Source of the DNA: Squalus acanthias
Taxonomy: Eukaryota
NCBI GenBank assembly: GCA_030390025.1
Contig: CM059434.1
Location: 96,472,001 to 96,536,000, forward strand
Direction of reading: 5' to 3'
Length of the DNA: 64,000 nt
Positions 50,415 to 63,577 of the stretch are shown one piece after another (the first letter of the stretch is position 1; the number at the start of each line of letters is the position of its first letter). The position numbers and the translations under genes are program-made. The notes under the pieces were generated by a model, which saw only the letters and a program-made list of their open reading frames with translations, was not told where the DNA came from and searched no databases.

Positions 50415-52719
50415 ATAATCTTTTACCCAGTGGTAAGACTGCTACCAGCTAAGCTAACGAAGCGATGAGCCATACAGCTTAGGAACTGGAACAATTCACT
50501 TGTTCTGTTATTTTCATTAAGTATTTCATACTTAGTACATTTTGCCTTTTATATCGAACAACAAACCATTAATTTAATTTTACACATTTTTTTCAAATTC
50601 TATCACGTATCCGCTAAAGCAAAGATTCAAATTTGCAAGGTCCCTTGAATTATTCACAGATAGATACAATATAGTGTCCCCTTGAAAATGATTTGTAAGA
50701 TATTTATAAAGAAATCCAGAATGTTGCCTGCAATCTGTAATTTCTTTAAGAACCATCTTAATTCACTTTAATTCTGCATCATATTGCTGGCTTTGTGTTG
50801 CACAACAGTGACACAGTTGTAATTATTAGCTACCTATTTGCTCACACCAGCATATATAGAGTGCATGCATGAGTATCACATACAGTAAGAAACCAAAATG
50901 ACCAAAGCACAGACCCTCCTCCAGCAGCCCCAGGCCAACGCCACTTACTGTTCTGAGAAAAAGAAACAACCCATGTACTCAGCTAATAATTTGATATGAT
51001 CTGACACATGAACATGGCTGGGGCAGAGATGTGTGTAAATTCAGTTTAAATCATCTGAATACAAATTGAATGCAATCCCCAGTGAAAACAGCGTAGAACT
51101 TAAAGAACTAAAAATGCATTCTTTATAACTTCAATTTTTTTCTAGTATTGATCACAAATTCCATCCTTTTGTACCCAAAATGGCTCCATTATTTCACATC
51201 ACTGAGCCAATCAGTTGCATTTCCTATTAGCCTCGTAGTTACTTGGGCAACTGCACCACCAAGTGCTCAAATACAATAATATCATGTTAATGCAAGATAT
51301 TGGTCTCACATAAACTGAATATGCTACATATCCAACTGTACACCTGGTAAACAACATTCACCAATTTGTCATTAGTCTGGATTAACAAACACCAATGGAG
51401 GATGCCGATTATACTTGATACTTAAACTTGTCCATTGCAGGATCAACACACAGATAAAATGTAATCCTTACTACAGGCAGGATGTTCATCGCAGTCAGAA
51501 CTGTTTAGAAAAATAACCAAGATAATTTTGACAAGATTACATCTTTGTTGATGAACTATTCCTAGTTGGTATTTGACAAACAATGAAACAAAAGTCCCCT
51601 TTGAAGTACAAGTTGACTCGCATTGTACGATATACTGAAAGTTGTTATAGACACACATTGTTTACGGATTCCTTATTAATTTAAAAGTACGAACATCTTC
51701 TGTGTCATGCACACAGGGCATGCTATTCCACTGCAAAATGCAGCCAAATAAATCAATGGAAATGAAAATCGGGTGGCTCTATAACGGGCGGGCGATCCGC
51801 TCTGCACCACGCAAGCGTTGAAGGTGAAAATTACCCCCTAGGATGATCGGTTCCACTTTCATCATCACTTATTTGGAAGACTTTGAAGCAGGCACATTTT
51901 GCTCTCAAAGCATTCTACTCCAATACTATATGAGGTGCAATAAGACGAAGCACTACGTGAAATGATATAGCAGTAGAAGCATATAGACAGGATTTGTAGA
52001 ACCAGCCAGCTTTGCTTCCCATTAACGACTATTAGAGAAAGCACAGAGTTCCAAATCCAGATTTTTATTCAAGTAAAGACATTGTGCATGTGCCTGACAA
52101 CCTGAGTTTGTTTTCATTAGATCGCAGAATAAATATAAATTAGGTGGCTCTTTGCCTACCTTAGCCCTTCCATCTAGAAAAGCTTCGGTTCAACATCACA
52201 ACATTCAATTATCTCTTAATTGACTCCAAGCTATGTGCTTTCACTGCCTTACCACAAGTTCATTCCAAGTGTGTTAATCAGTTTCTGTGAAAGAACTTCC
52301 TGGCATCAGTGCTAAATGTGTCTTTTGCCATCTAAACCTGTGTTCCCTTGTCCTATTTTCACAGCATTTCCTGAGTAGTGCTTGCAATTACATTTTCTAG
52401 ATTGCTAAATATCTTATCCACCTCACTAAGCTCCTGTGTCATTTACCTCCATTTCAGTTTCCTCCACCTTTCCTCATAATTCAATCCATTAGGAACACTA
52501 ATGGCACTGATCGCACTAGGGATCAGTCATGTGGCTCGTTTCTCTTTGTGCCACCTCCGGGGATTGAATGTTTCTCTTGTGTCTCAGTAGATCCCTTTGG
52601 ATTTAATATCACTACTGATTGGTTATCATGTCATTGCAAAACATCTGGCACATTCATTTAGAATGCTAATTTTAGAACTTTAAAACATGTACTCCAACTA
52701 CCTCTGCATGAACATTCTG

Positions 52720-55040
52720 TGCTCGCCTTGGTATCGTTCTGGCCCACATGATCCACCCTGACCAGTCCTACATAGTCCCAGGCTGGACCATCCACAACAA
52801 CATCCACCTGGTCCTGGACCTGATCCACCATTCCCAGAGGGCTGATCTGTCGAGCGCCATCCTTTCCCTGGATCAGGAGAAGGCGTTCGACAGGGTGGAT
52901 CGTGAATACTTATTCGGGACTCTGCAGGCATTCGGGTTCGGGATGCATTTCATCACCCGGATCCGACTTCTGTATGCTGCGGCCGAGTGTCTGATTAAGG
53001 TGAACGGATCTTTGACGGCACCCCTTAATTTTGGGAGAGCAGTGAGTCAGGGATGCCCAATGTCTGGACAATTATATACCATTTGTGTGGAGCCTTTCCT
53101 GTGCCTCTTGCAGAAGGAGTTGTCGGGACTGGCTCTGCGCAGGCTATGTGTGGAGGTCGTTCTCTTGGCTTATGCCAATGACATGCTTCTCATGGTCACG
53201 GATCCCGCTGACATGTGGAAGTTGCACGAGTGTCAGTGAGTATACTCTGCCGCGTCCCCCGCAAGGATCAACTGGGATAAATGTTCTGGATTCCTGGTTG
53301 ATCAGTGGCAGGTGGACTCCCTCACGGAGGAGCTCCGGCCCTTTGCCTGGAGCATCACGCACTTCCTGTACCTGGGAGTCTATTTTAGCCCTGCTGAGGA
53401 AGGTTGGCCGGTGAACTAGCAAGAGCTGGAGACCAATGTCACCCATCGCCTAGGGCGCTGGACAGGATCTGCTCTGAGTGCTGTCCTACAGGGGTTGACA
53501 CTAGTCATAAACCAACTGGTGGCCACTATGCTGTTGTACTGTTGGTAACTTTGATCCCTGCCCCAGAGTTTGTCACCAAGATTCAGAGGAAGCTCGTCGA
53601 CTTCTTCTGGGACAAAAGGAAGCATTGGGTCGTTGCTGTGGTTCTGAGTCTCCCGCTTAGGGAGGGCAGTCTGGTGCTGGTTTGCGTTCCACCTTAAGAC
53701 TCTGCAGAGATACCTGTACGTCAAGGATCCTCCTGAATGGTGTGCGCTGGCGATGTTTTTCTTCTGCCAGATACATGGCCTGAATTGACACGTAGCTCCT
53801 GTTTGTTAAGTTGCTCGACATCCATGTGTCCTTGCAGGAGCTGCCTGTCTTTTACTGGGATGTAATCAGGGTCTGGAATATGGTTGTCTCCAGCCAGAGC
53901 TCTCCCCCATCTGGAGCAGAGGCCATACTAAGGGAGGCGCTGCTTAGGAACCTGCACCTCTGGGTGGCCAGCTTTGGCGACACGTGGCTGGCGGAGAGGA
54001 GGGCCCTGGCTGCTAAGGTAACCAGAGTCAGGGATGTACTGGATGGCAGAGGAGCGGGCTGGTTGATGCCAGAGGTTTTGGCAGCTTGGATGTCCTGGCG
54101 CTACATCCGGCCCGTGGCCAAAGCCATCCAGGCACTAAAATCCGCACCCAGCCCTGATTTCACTAGGTTTGTCAAGAAGGCGCAAGCAATCCCGTCTGAA
54201 CCGACTCCTGTTCGGATGGAATTTCTCATCGGCGCAAGGCCCCGAAACCTCCCTCGGGTGCCTGCGCCATCTCTCGGAAATTCCCTCCGTGCCATTCCAC
54301 TCGGGACAGAGGGATTTCCTGTACGGGCTGCTCCTGCACACACTCCGCTTCCTCGCCCTTGGCTTCCGTCCGGACATGCCTTGGTGTGCCATCTTGCCGC
54401 CCAGCGGAGGCGGTGACCCTAATGCAAGGGCTCTCTATGCAAGAGTCCTCCCCTGCATCATTGGGAATCTGGGGTGGAGAGTGTTGCATGGAGCAGTTCC
54501 ATCAAACAGGTTTTTAAGTCTCATCATGGACCCCCAAGCCGCCTGTAACTTTTGCGGCCTGGACAAGTCTGCGTTCCACATTTACACCTGTATGGTTGCC
54601 TGAAGAGGCTGCTCCTCAACCTCTGGCTGCAATTCAGTCCCATGCTCCTGATCTTTGCCCACCTGGTGCGGAGGGGAGCAAGCATGTCTGAGGACCTCCT
54701 CAGGTGGCCATCCACAGGGCCAAGGTTGGACGTGGCCCGTGGGTACGGTTGCTCTGGCTGCCTGCCACTCTTCTGTGGCCTTGTCTGCACCTGGGTGGCC
54801 CTGGAGAAGGAGCACGCAGTGTCCGCCAGTACATTTGAGGCCTTCCGCGACCAGTGGGCATCACAGGGACTGGAGTGTATAGTGGACACGGGCAATATTA
54901 TTTAAGTTACAAATTTCCTTTGTTTTATGATGTAGTTTTCGATTAGTTGTACCCCTTTAAAAGGGGGCACGTTTGTTTGTTTTTGTTTGATGACACTGGT
55001 GCAACTCAGTGTCTCCTTATCGATTAATTAAAGAAAAGGC
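52720..55040 (+). mobile_element. 5'-truncated, disrupted Tx1/L1-clade non-LTR retrotransposon (RT and zinc finger)
   Basis: IHPDQS..VPG, SLDQEKAFDRV, QGCPMSG, LAYAND (degenerate YADD) and a CNFCG...FHIYTC zinc finger, spread over several frames. Confidence 0.92.
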
Positions 55041-55744
55041 ATAAACATTCCGTCAATGGAACAGTTTAACTTTTAACACTAAACACGGAGCTAATTTTTT
55101 TAAAGCATTTTGATATTATAAAATTATGAACTGTAAAATTCCAATGAGAAGTGAGTTTTGTGGAAGCAATACTGTGGTACAGTTTCTAATAAGGCCTCAC
55201 TACAGCAAATAATTCTTGTTAAATAAGATACTGTATATCTATCAAAAAATATTACATTTCTTTACATCCCTGAAAATGAAAAAAACAAGAAATGTACCAG
55301 TGACTTAAAAGAGATGAAAATACACAAAATCTGTATGTTTCACATATGTGCTAACAATACTATTTCTCAATATCTGAACTTAAATTATCCATGACAAGAT
55401 CTGATTATTTAATCATTTCTCAGCAGAAACTTCCGTAGATTCCAGAAGACATGCTGTCTTCTAAATAATGTGACAATTTCAGCCACAGGATGAAGGCTGA
55501 GGCAAATGTGTAGCAGCAGAGAAATTGATGAGTTCATCTAATTCAAGTGTAATAGCAGCCAAGACTGACACAGCATAGAGATAAGGTGCATTCAAGATAA
55601 GTGATTTATACAGGCTTACTTTTCTATCTCATTTCTACTTCCTCAGTAAGCCACTAGGCTATGTTATAACACAACCCTTCAGAATTTAAATCTCTTCAGA
55701 ACTAATAGTTTATTTTCAACGCATCACACGAATCATGAACTTAC

Positions 55745-55897
55745 ATTAATGAGTTCAATTTCCCACAGCTTTTTCACAAGATCCATTGATGTATAACCAT
55801 TTGCCAGAAAGGTCTTGATGTAATCATTCAGCTCTAAAGAATCTAACCAGTCTGCCACAGACGTTGGACTGTTCGCATCGTATCCAATAACTTTAAC
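55745..55897 (-). CDS. ANKS1B: ANKS1B coding exon (SAM2 N-terminal part): [51 protein letters not shown]
   Basis: 153 nt, tttcag| acceptor and |gtaagt donor. Lies inside ORF 55733..55936; SAM motif SVADWL..LEL..Y...F..NGY. Confidence 0.95.
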
Positions 55898-56446
55898 CTG
55901 AAATAAAGGAGAAAAATGCATGTGTAAAAGATGCATAAAATTATGTTGGAGAGCTTGTTCATTTTCATGGAACCCTGCCCTGAGTACCAGTTGTCATATC
56001 TGATACATTCCAAATCATTAGAAAAAGTAGCATGTTAAGATTATAGCTGCCAGGTGGACCCCTGCAGAATATCTACATCCTAATACTGTCAGTTATTATA
56101 GCTTATGTTTTTCCATTAATAACATTTGCTATCTCTAGGCATGGGAGCTAATCATGCAGTTATTATAGTGGCTGAGAACATATTATAATTCCTATTAAGC
56201 ATTGTGACAGAATTAATCATCATATAGAAATATTTTGTGGGGAGTGCAGTTGGTAGATTTAGGAATTTGATGGTACTGTACACCATTACAGTCAGGTTTA
56301 AAACACTTCCATATGCTTTCTGATGATACAGTTGGGCACAATTCAGCCAGCATTACTTTTGAGGAAATGTTTGTCATCAAAACTTGAATCTTCAGGGTAC
56401 TAAGTAAATGTACACAAACCTCAACAAATCACAATTACAAATCAAT

Positions 56447-56915
56447 AGTTCACTAGATTGATTCCTGGGATGAGACGGCTGTCATATGAGGAGAGATTGA
56501 GTAGACTAGGACTATACTCTCTGGAGGTTAGAAGAATGAGAGGTGATCTCTTTGAAGTGTATAAAATTCTTAGAGGGCATGACATGGTAGATGACGAGAG
56601 GCTGTTTCCCCTGGCTGGAGAGTCTAGAACTAGGGGTCACAGTCTCAGGATAAGAGGTCGGCCATTTAGGACTGAGATGAGAACTTTCTTCTCTCAGAGG
56701 GTGGTGAATCTTTGGAATTCTCTACCCCAGAGGGCTGTGGATGCTCAGTCGAGTATATTCAAGACTGAGATTGATACATTTTTGGGCACTAAACGAGTTA
56801 AGGGATATGGGGATGGGTGGGAAGAGTTGATGTAAAAGTTCAGCCAAGATCTTACTGAATGCCGGAGCAGGCTCGAGGGGCCGTATGGCCTACTCCTGCT
56901 CCTATTTCTTATCTT
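56447..56915 (+). mobile_element. CR1 LINE 3' fragment
   Basis: ORF 56458..56835 contains IPGMRRLSYEERLSRLGLYSLE.RRMRGDL...TRGHS...FFSQRVVNLWNSLP. Confidence 0.93.
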
Positions 56916-57006
56916 ATGTATAGTGCATGTCAGAAAATTAGTTCTAATTTCCAGCCTCAGATGTAGTGGGCCCCATAATCTATCAATAGAAAATGCTAAA
57001 TACAAT

Positions 57007-57764
57007 GGACCGGATATTTCGATGCTTACGGGTGTATACGCACCCGTAGGGACATCGGAAATGCCGGTTTCAGGCATGCACAGCGCATGCGCTGAAAACC
57101 GGCATTTCCGATCTGTCAAGAATCCTCTTGACAGATCGGACGCCTGCCCTAGAGAAGGGCCTCTGCGGGCGGATAGTTCCGCTTTCTGGAGACCCTCCGC
57201 CCGCAGAAAACCCTTAGAATTCTTACGCCAGGTAAAAGCAGGTGTAAGGCTGCTTTTACCAGGATAAGAGTTGAAAAAAAGTAAAAATAATAATAATTTT
57301 TTTTCACTCATTTATCATTTAAAAATACTTTTAAAAAAAAGTGAGTTTATTTTTAGCCCCGTAAAAAACTTTAATTATTTTTTTCAAAAAATTAAACTTT
57401 TGTTTAAAATATTTAATTTATTGTAATTTCAACTAATTTTAAAAAGGTGATGGTTTTTTAAAAAAATTATTTAAAGTTTTGCTATGTTTTGGGGGTAATC
57501 TCCATTCAAATATTTGACAGGTCCTCCTGTCAAGTGTATGAAGGGAGATTCCCTTCTCCTATTGGCTCCCCATGGCCCACGTGATCCCAGGGACGCTGCG
57601 AACTGCCTGCGCCCCTGGGATACGTGGGCCCTGCGCACTTGGAGTTTGGAGAGGCCCAGGAGCGGAAGTATAGGCGCCTCGGGAGCCCTCAGGTAAGTTC
57701 GTAGATTTTTTTCCAGATCGGAGGCCTCCGCACGCGGGAAGCCTCCGATCGGAAAATACGGCCC
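57007..57764. mobile_element. Harbinger-type MITE with an AT-rich core
   Basis: Imperfect TIRs GGACCGGATATT...AAAATACGGCCC and TSD AAT/AAT. Confidence 0.75.
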
Positions 57765-58147
57765 AATGTTCAGTGTAGAAGAATATGTTAATATTGTAAG
57801 TTCAATTAAGTAATCTCTTCTGTCTAGCCCAAGCTCTTGCACATAACAAGAATCCATTGGGTTTTGCTACCACATTTGGAAGCAATAAAGAACCAGCATC
57901 CAACTTGATAAACTGAAGTATGGTTGGTTAAAAGACAACCAAAGTCTCTTAATAAAACAGTTCAGTGAGTTTCTGAAAAGTGAAAACATAGATGGAAACC
58001 ATTTTAAAATTATTTGTTTTCTTACAACTTTTAATCGCACAATATGGTAACTAGAGAGAAAAAAATATTTTGCCAGTTTGGACTTGCAAGTGGCTTAAAT
58101 GTGCTTTTGGGCATCTCTCCACACAGAGTTATGTCAAGAATAACATC

Positions 58148-58361
58148 CATGATGTGGAGATGCCGGTGTTGGACTGGGGTGGACAAAAGTGAGAAGTCGC
58201 ACAACACCAGGTTATAGTCCAACAGTTTTATTTGAAATCACAAGCTTTCGGAGCGCTGCTCCTTCGTCAGGTGAAGTCACCTGACGAAGGAGCAGCGCTC
58301 CGAAAGCTTGTGATTTCAAATAAAACTGTTGGACTATAACCTGGTGTTGTGCGACTTCTCA
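58148..58361. mobile_element. Palindromic Penelope-derived insertion with a 13-bp TSD
   Basis: CAAGAATAACATC at 58135-58147 and 58362-58374; perfect inverted arms 58189-58274 and 58277-58362. Confidence 0.88.
58272..58318 (+). ncRNA. Minimal type I hammerhead ribozyme motif (mirror copy on the minus strand at about 58233-58274)
   Basis: Helix I TGAAGTCAC/GTGATTTCA, core CTGACGA, helix II GGAGC-AGC-GCTCC, then GAAA-GC-TT with a vestigial palindromic helix III. Confidence 0.7.
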
Positions 58362-60183
58362 CAAGAATAACATCAGCTGATAAATTCAGGTTATATTCAA
58401 AATTAAATGTCAGCACTGTTTTATCAGGCAATACATCTAATCTAAATGTTACAGCTGAAGAGTCATCTGCTAATTACTAGTCTTTTGTACAAATGTTACT
58501 GTAGCAAGTAAACTAATTGCCCGTGTTGAATTTATTTTATGAAACACTATTAACCTTTAGATTACCAGAAGATTCTGGGAAATTATGGTCTACCTGGGCC
58601 ACTAAATCTTAAACTTCTTACCTTACAAACGATGGCAGTGACACAAATACTAACATTATAGTAATAAATATACTCAATAGTAGTTTAATACTGCATCATC
58701 AATCCTACATTACAAAATAAGCACTTAAAATAATATTTAAAATAATTAAACACTGCTGCTTCTTATTCAATTGCCTACAAATTTTGCCTTTTTCTCTTTT
58801 TCCCCATTTTCTCTCCTATTTTTATAAATTGAGCTTTACTCTCAGTGTATTTTTTCTACCTATTCTCTCCATTCTAAATCTTTTCTCTAAAAATTAACTT
58901 TAAAACCATACATGCTCCCTATCTGCTCTCACCATCCAATCTGGAGAGGGAACAATCGGATAAAATGTTTCGGATTGGCTGACAACAGACTTTAATTTTT
59001 CATCCAATCAAATGCTAAAAATGTAAAAATTGACCGTTTGCATCATAGATGTGACAAGTTCAATATTTAAGTAGGTTCAATCCAGTATCTAGTAAGTAAG
59101 AGTTGACAGTGCAATTTTTTAAAATCTAAAAAGGTTGGCACTTTCACGGTCATAAAGATAACTGGTGGGAGATGTGGAAATGTCACACTGATGAAACAGA
59201 ATAGACATTATTGAGACACTGAAAGGGGAGCCAACCCTAAATTTCTTTTTGATAGCTGATTTACTTGTCATAATTTAACAAATTTCACCATTAGTCAACA
59301 AGTTACAACTTGTCTCAAGTTCCTTGAGTCAACATATTTGATCATTACTGCAATTGCAATTATTTTGGTTCCAGACTACTTTATATAAGCTTATCAACCT
59401 TAATACAAACAAACTCATCACTGGATACACATCATTAGCATTTCCAGATTGCTGATGATATACAGAACAAACTCTAACAGCGCCTACAACCACTGCTGTG
59501 AGGAACTGGCTTAAGATAAGTAAATAACCTCCCATTATCAATAGAAATATATACCTCTTGACAGAGGATATTAAATAACTGGTGTCTCCTAATTATACAG
59601 CACAAGTGCATTTAGATACAGATTGGTATCTAAATTGAACCTAATCATTGGCAAATGGATTGGTTCAACTCATACACAGTTCTGATATTCATATGCAGTA
59701 CATGCATTTATAAAACAGCACATTAGAGCAAAGAACTGTTATCAAATGTGCCTTTATTGACACCAAACTAAAAAGGCAGAATAAATTAGTAATGCCAGCA
59801 GGACTTGCTTTAATCCTTACAACTGTTTCGTAACTTGTTATTCCATTTCCACCAAAAAGGTCAATGGAAGACATAGCACTGAACTTGGCTAATTTCTCAA
59901 TGTGCTTGTTATGGAGTTGGTATAATGGACAAAGTAGTTTCCCACCGAGTGAAGCAGGGAAAAATTTCAGTTGTTTGAATTTTAATGTCAACAAAAAAGT
60001 TTTGTTTGTACATGTTCTACATGGATGAGATCAGAGAGATTGGAGACTTCACAGAAGCTGTAAAATGAACACGAGAGCACCATACTCAACTTCACTGGAT
60101 ATTTCCTAAGTGAATTACTTCTCCACATGATTTAATATAACTACAGCAGGTGTTCTCTTTTCAGACAGCATATCTCAACTTAC

Positions 60184-60282
60184 CCGTGGAAGGCCCCGAA
60201 CTGCCTGCAGGATTCGTTGTCTATGTGAAGAGTTAAGGATTCCGATCTCCAACAAATCCTGGTCTTCCACTACATTGCTTCC
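60184..60282 (-). CDS. ANKS1B: ANKS1B coding exon (C-terminal part of SAM1): [33 protein letters not shown]
   Basis: 99 nt, phase 0, ctag| acceptor and |gtaagt donor on the minus strand. The peptide matches recalled vertebrate ANKS1B SAM1 ([28 protein letters not shown]). Confidence 0.95.
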
Positions 60283-61035
60283 CTAGAAAGGGAGGAAAAA
60301 AAGAGAGAAAAATTATGTAATTCCCACAGTCCAATTGTGATTGCAATGATCTGATGTACACCTTCACTGTATGCACAGCAGTAGAATTCTACAGTAAACA
60401 GCAGGTGAACAGTGGCTATCAAATAGCTACGCTGTGCCATGAAATATCGCTGTGCTTGCTGAAAGTTCTTTGAAGTTGACTTGCTTAGATACCAATGGAG
60501 TGTGGGATAAAAGAATGAAAGCTATTGTAAACAAAATAAAGGAAGTAGAAGGAGCAAGCCAGCTTTCCATGCACTTTATTGATTCTATGCACAGAAAAGA
60601 AGGCACTTTCTTTTACCCTGAACAGTCAGTTCCTCAAGGTTTACAACTGTGGTCAATAGTACACAGCATGACACAACCATCTAGCGGCACAGCTATTGTG
60701 CCATTCTGATAACATATGTTTCTTTTATTAAGATGCAATCTCTGCCCCAGAAGGGGCCTTGAACCATATTTTGTTTTCAGAAAAGAAGTGCTATATATTT
60801 GGGTACTAATTCAAAAGAAAGATAATGCTGCAGACTAGTCTTTTCATTTCATGGTGTCATTTCTTACAACAAGACACAGTTTCCAATTTTTCACCAAGTA
60901 TCATTAAGATAATCCTGAATATTCTGAGGATGTTGATTTTGTGCAATAACGTTAAAATTTTAAAACCTTCAGAAAATTCAGAGAACAAGAAAAATAGTAA
61001 GACAAATGTGAATTGTATTTTAAAGGTCAAATAAT

Positions 61036-61300
61036 GAAAGAAAGAAAGAATTGCATTTATATAGCACCTTTCACAATCTCAGGACGTCCCAAAGTGCTTT
61101 ACAGCCAATGAAGTACTTTTGAAGTGCAGTTACTTGTAATGTAGGAAACGTGGCAGCCAAATTGCGCACAGCAAGCTCCCACAAACAGCAATGTGATAAT
61201 GACCAGATAAAATGTTTTTTTAGGGATGTTAATTGAGGGATAAATATTGGCTAGGACACGGGAGATAACTCCCCTGTTCTTCTTTGAAATAGTGCTGGAG
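61036..61300 (-). mobile_element. Deu-domain SINE (SacSINE1-like), 3' half
   Basis: (AAAG)n followed by ttgcatttatatagcacctttcacaatctcaggacgtcccaaagtgcttt, the reverse-complement tail. Confidence 0.8.
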
Positions 61301-61353
61301 TGTTTGATATCAGGAGACTCTAATGCTCTTTGATGGTAATTTCTGGGGAAGCA

Positions 61354-61433
61354 CAGACAGCATATCTCAACTTACCCGGGGAAGGCCACGAACTGCCTGC
61401 AGGATTCGTTGTCTATGTGAAGAGTTAAGGATT
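61354..61433 (-). repeat. 80-bp duplicate of 60162-60241 (end of the ANKS1B SAM1 exon, donor site and intron start)
   Basis: Direct comparison: 78 of 80 bases identical. Confidence 0.95.
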
Positions 61434-61484
61434 TTCATGTTGATGCATTGGCCCCTCCAATGCATCAACATGAAAATAAGAGTT

Positions 61485-61925
61485 AGCTTGGCTCAGTGGT
61501 AGTTCTCTTGCCTCTGAGTGAGGCCTGTAGGTGCCAGCCCTACTCTAGAAACTCCAGCATTTAAATTAGGTAGATATTTTAGTGCAGTACTGGGTGAGTG
61601 CTGCATTGTCAGAGGTGCTGTTTTTCCAATGAGCTGTTAAATTGAGACCGTATGTGCTTGTTCAGGTGAATATAAAGGATCCTGTGGCACTATCTGAAGA
61701 GGAGTAGGGGAGTTCTCCTGGTTCATGGCCAACATTTATCCCTCAACCAACACCATCAAAAACAGGTTGACTGGCCATTTACCTCATTGCAGTTTGTGGG
61801 ATCTTCGTGTGTGCAAATTGACTGCTGTATTTCCCTACAAAACAGCAGTGAGTAGCTGTTAAAATAATTAATTAGTCACAAAGCGCATTGGTAAAAGGTG
61901 CTATATAAATGCAATTTATTTCTTG
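61485..61925 (+). mobile_element. Deu-domain SINE (SacSINE1-like), near full length
   Basis: tRNA-like head tggctcagtggtag, central agtgcagtactg...tgctgcattgtcagaggtgc, tail aaggtgctatataaatgcaa. Confidence 0.8.
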
Positions 61926-63244
61926 CTATCGCCATACCTCTATTATTGCCATATTGGAAAGTATACATCGGCATAGCATGAGATAGCATTGCCAGTTGCT
62001 GTGGCTTTCACTGTTGTTCGACTTCTGTGCATGATTGCTTTATATTTTGATCTTTTGTTGAATTATTAGGTACAATAAGTCAGATATCTTGTGTTAAACC
62101 TCTCACATATTATTGAAATCTTTGGAGCTATGTAGCACTGAAAGCCAGATTATTATTTGTTGTGCCTCAAAATATTTCAACCTGTGTATAATTTGTTTTG
62201 GAAAGTGCTTTGTTCTGCCTAATATCTTTGCTAATAGTTATCTTTTAACACAGTCAGCCACTAAATAATCACTAGTTAGATTTTTCCAAATCTGGACATG
62301 ATTGAATAAACCTATTATACAAAGGATCTGATGGAACAATATTTCCTCAAGAAAATATTGAGATATAATAGATGAAATCAGAGCGCACATGGTACAGTCG
62401 CACTCAACCAAGAAACAATAGTGATTAGAACTACACAGGTTGGATATAATTAGAACAGACAGCTGATGGGCAGCTGTTCAATAGATACTTAGAATATTGA
62501 TTTTAGTAGTCAGTCTTAGTTCCAAGAAACTAGAACTCATGACTTTAGACATGCCAAGCATACTGTAGATAAACAGGCCTAGTTGGCATTAAGAACATTA
62601 ATTGACAAGATATATTTAAATAAATTGGACTTTAAATATTTTCATGATTCCTGCAATGGTATACCTCCTTCTTTTGCTTTGAAGCCAAATAGATATAAAG
62701 GAATATTAAAACAGCATTCTTCACCATTGATTACAGCTGTCATTCACAGTGAGTTCAAAAGCATCAGGTTGGTTTTCCAGAAAGTGGTTTCCATCCAATT
62801 TCACCACCCTTTCAGGACCAGGTCACACTGTAAGAGCCTTGTTTGCAAAGCCCCAATGAGAAAAACCACACAACTGAATTCCCCCTCTCTACTCACAGCC
62901 AGATACACAATATTAAGTGCCTCTGTCACTTAAAAGAACTTAGCAATTAATGCTGGTTAAGTAGTTGAATTATATAGAGGCCTTTCTCCACCCTCATCTT
63001 GAACTGACATTAAACTGTTTGGTCAAGCTTATTTTAGGTATTCTTCCAGCCAGCAGTAAACAAATTAAGTGATCACAGCCACAAGCTCCCATAAATAAAT
63101 ATGAACATAAAAGTTTTTTTTTAGGAAATGAGACATATGTAGGTTACATTAAAAAAATATAAAAGATAATCAAAATTTAAGCACATTAAGAAAACTGAAA
63201 AATAGCAAGTTTGTCTTTTTTTTTAAAAAGGGTTTAGACAAAAT

Positions 63245-63555
63245 GTCAAATTACAGACAAGCAAGCATTATCCTGATTGTGGCAAAATTACTTGAAACTA
63301 TGATGAAGGATAGTAGAAAGCATCACCTTGTGGGATGGAGCTAATTCGACATAGCCAGCACAGATTTAAGAGAAGCAGGTCTTGCTTAGCCAACCAACTG
63401 AATATCGTTGAGAGATTATGTACCTAGTGGATAGCGGTGAGTCAATGGATGTTGTATACCTGGATTTCAGAAAGATATTTGACACTGTCCCACATATTGG
63501 ACTACTGCATAATATTCAGGTCCACGGGATTGATGGCAGAGAAATGGTAGATACA
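63245..63555 (+). mobile_element. CR1 RT fragment
   Basis: NYR, SQH.F..RSCL.N and DVVYLDF..FDTVPH remnants. Confidence 0.8.
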
Positions 63556-63577
63556 ACTTAATATGGAGAAGTGTAAA

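Noticed and set aside
56745-57857. ORFs of 114-188 aa
   Set aside because: They run across a CR1 tail and a MITE, so they are not a coherent gene.
5921-60282. ANKS1A (Odin) instead of ANKS1B
   Set aside because: The linker exon (PPQLSPSLSQSTY...MQGDARRR...RSKLERQMAQ) and the QARKGGH...KPIPKPR tail match ANKS1B as I recall it.
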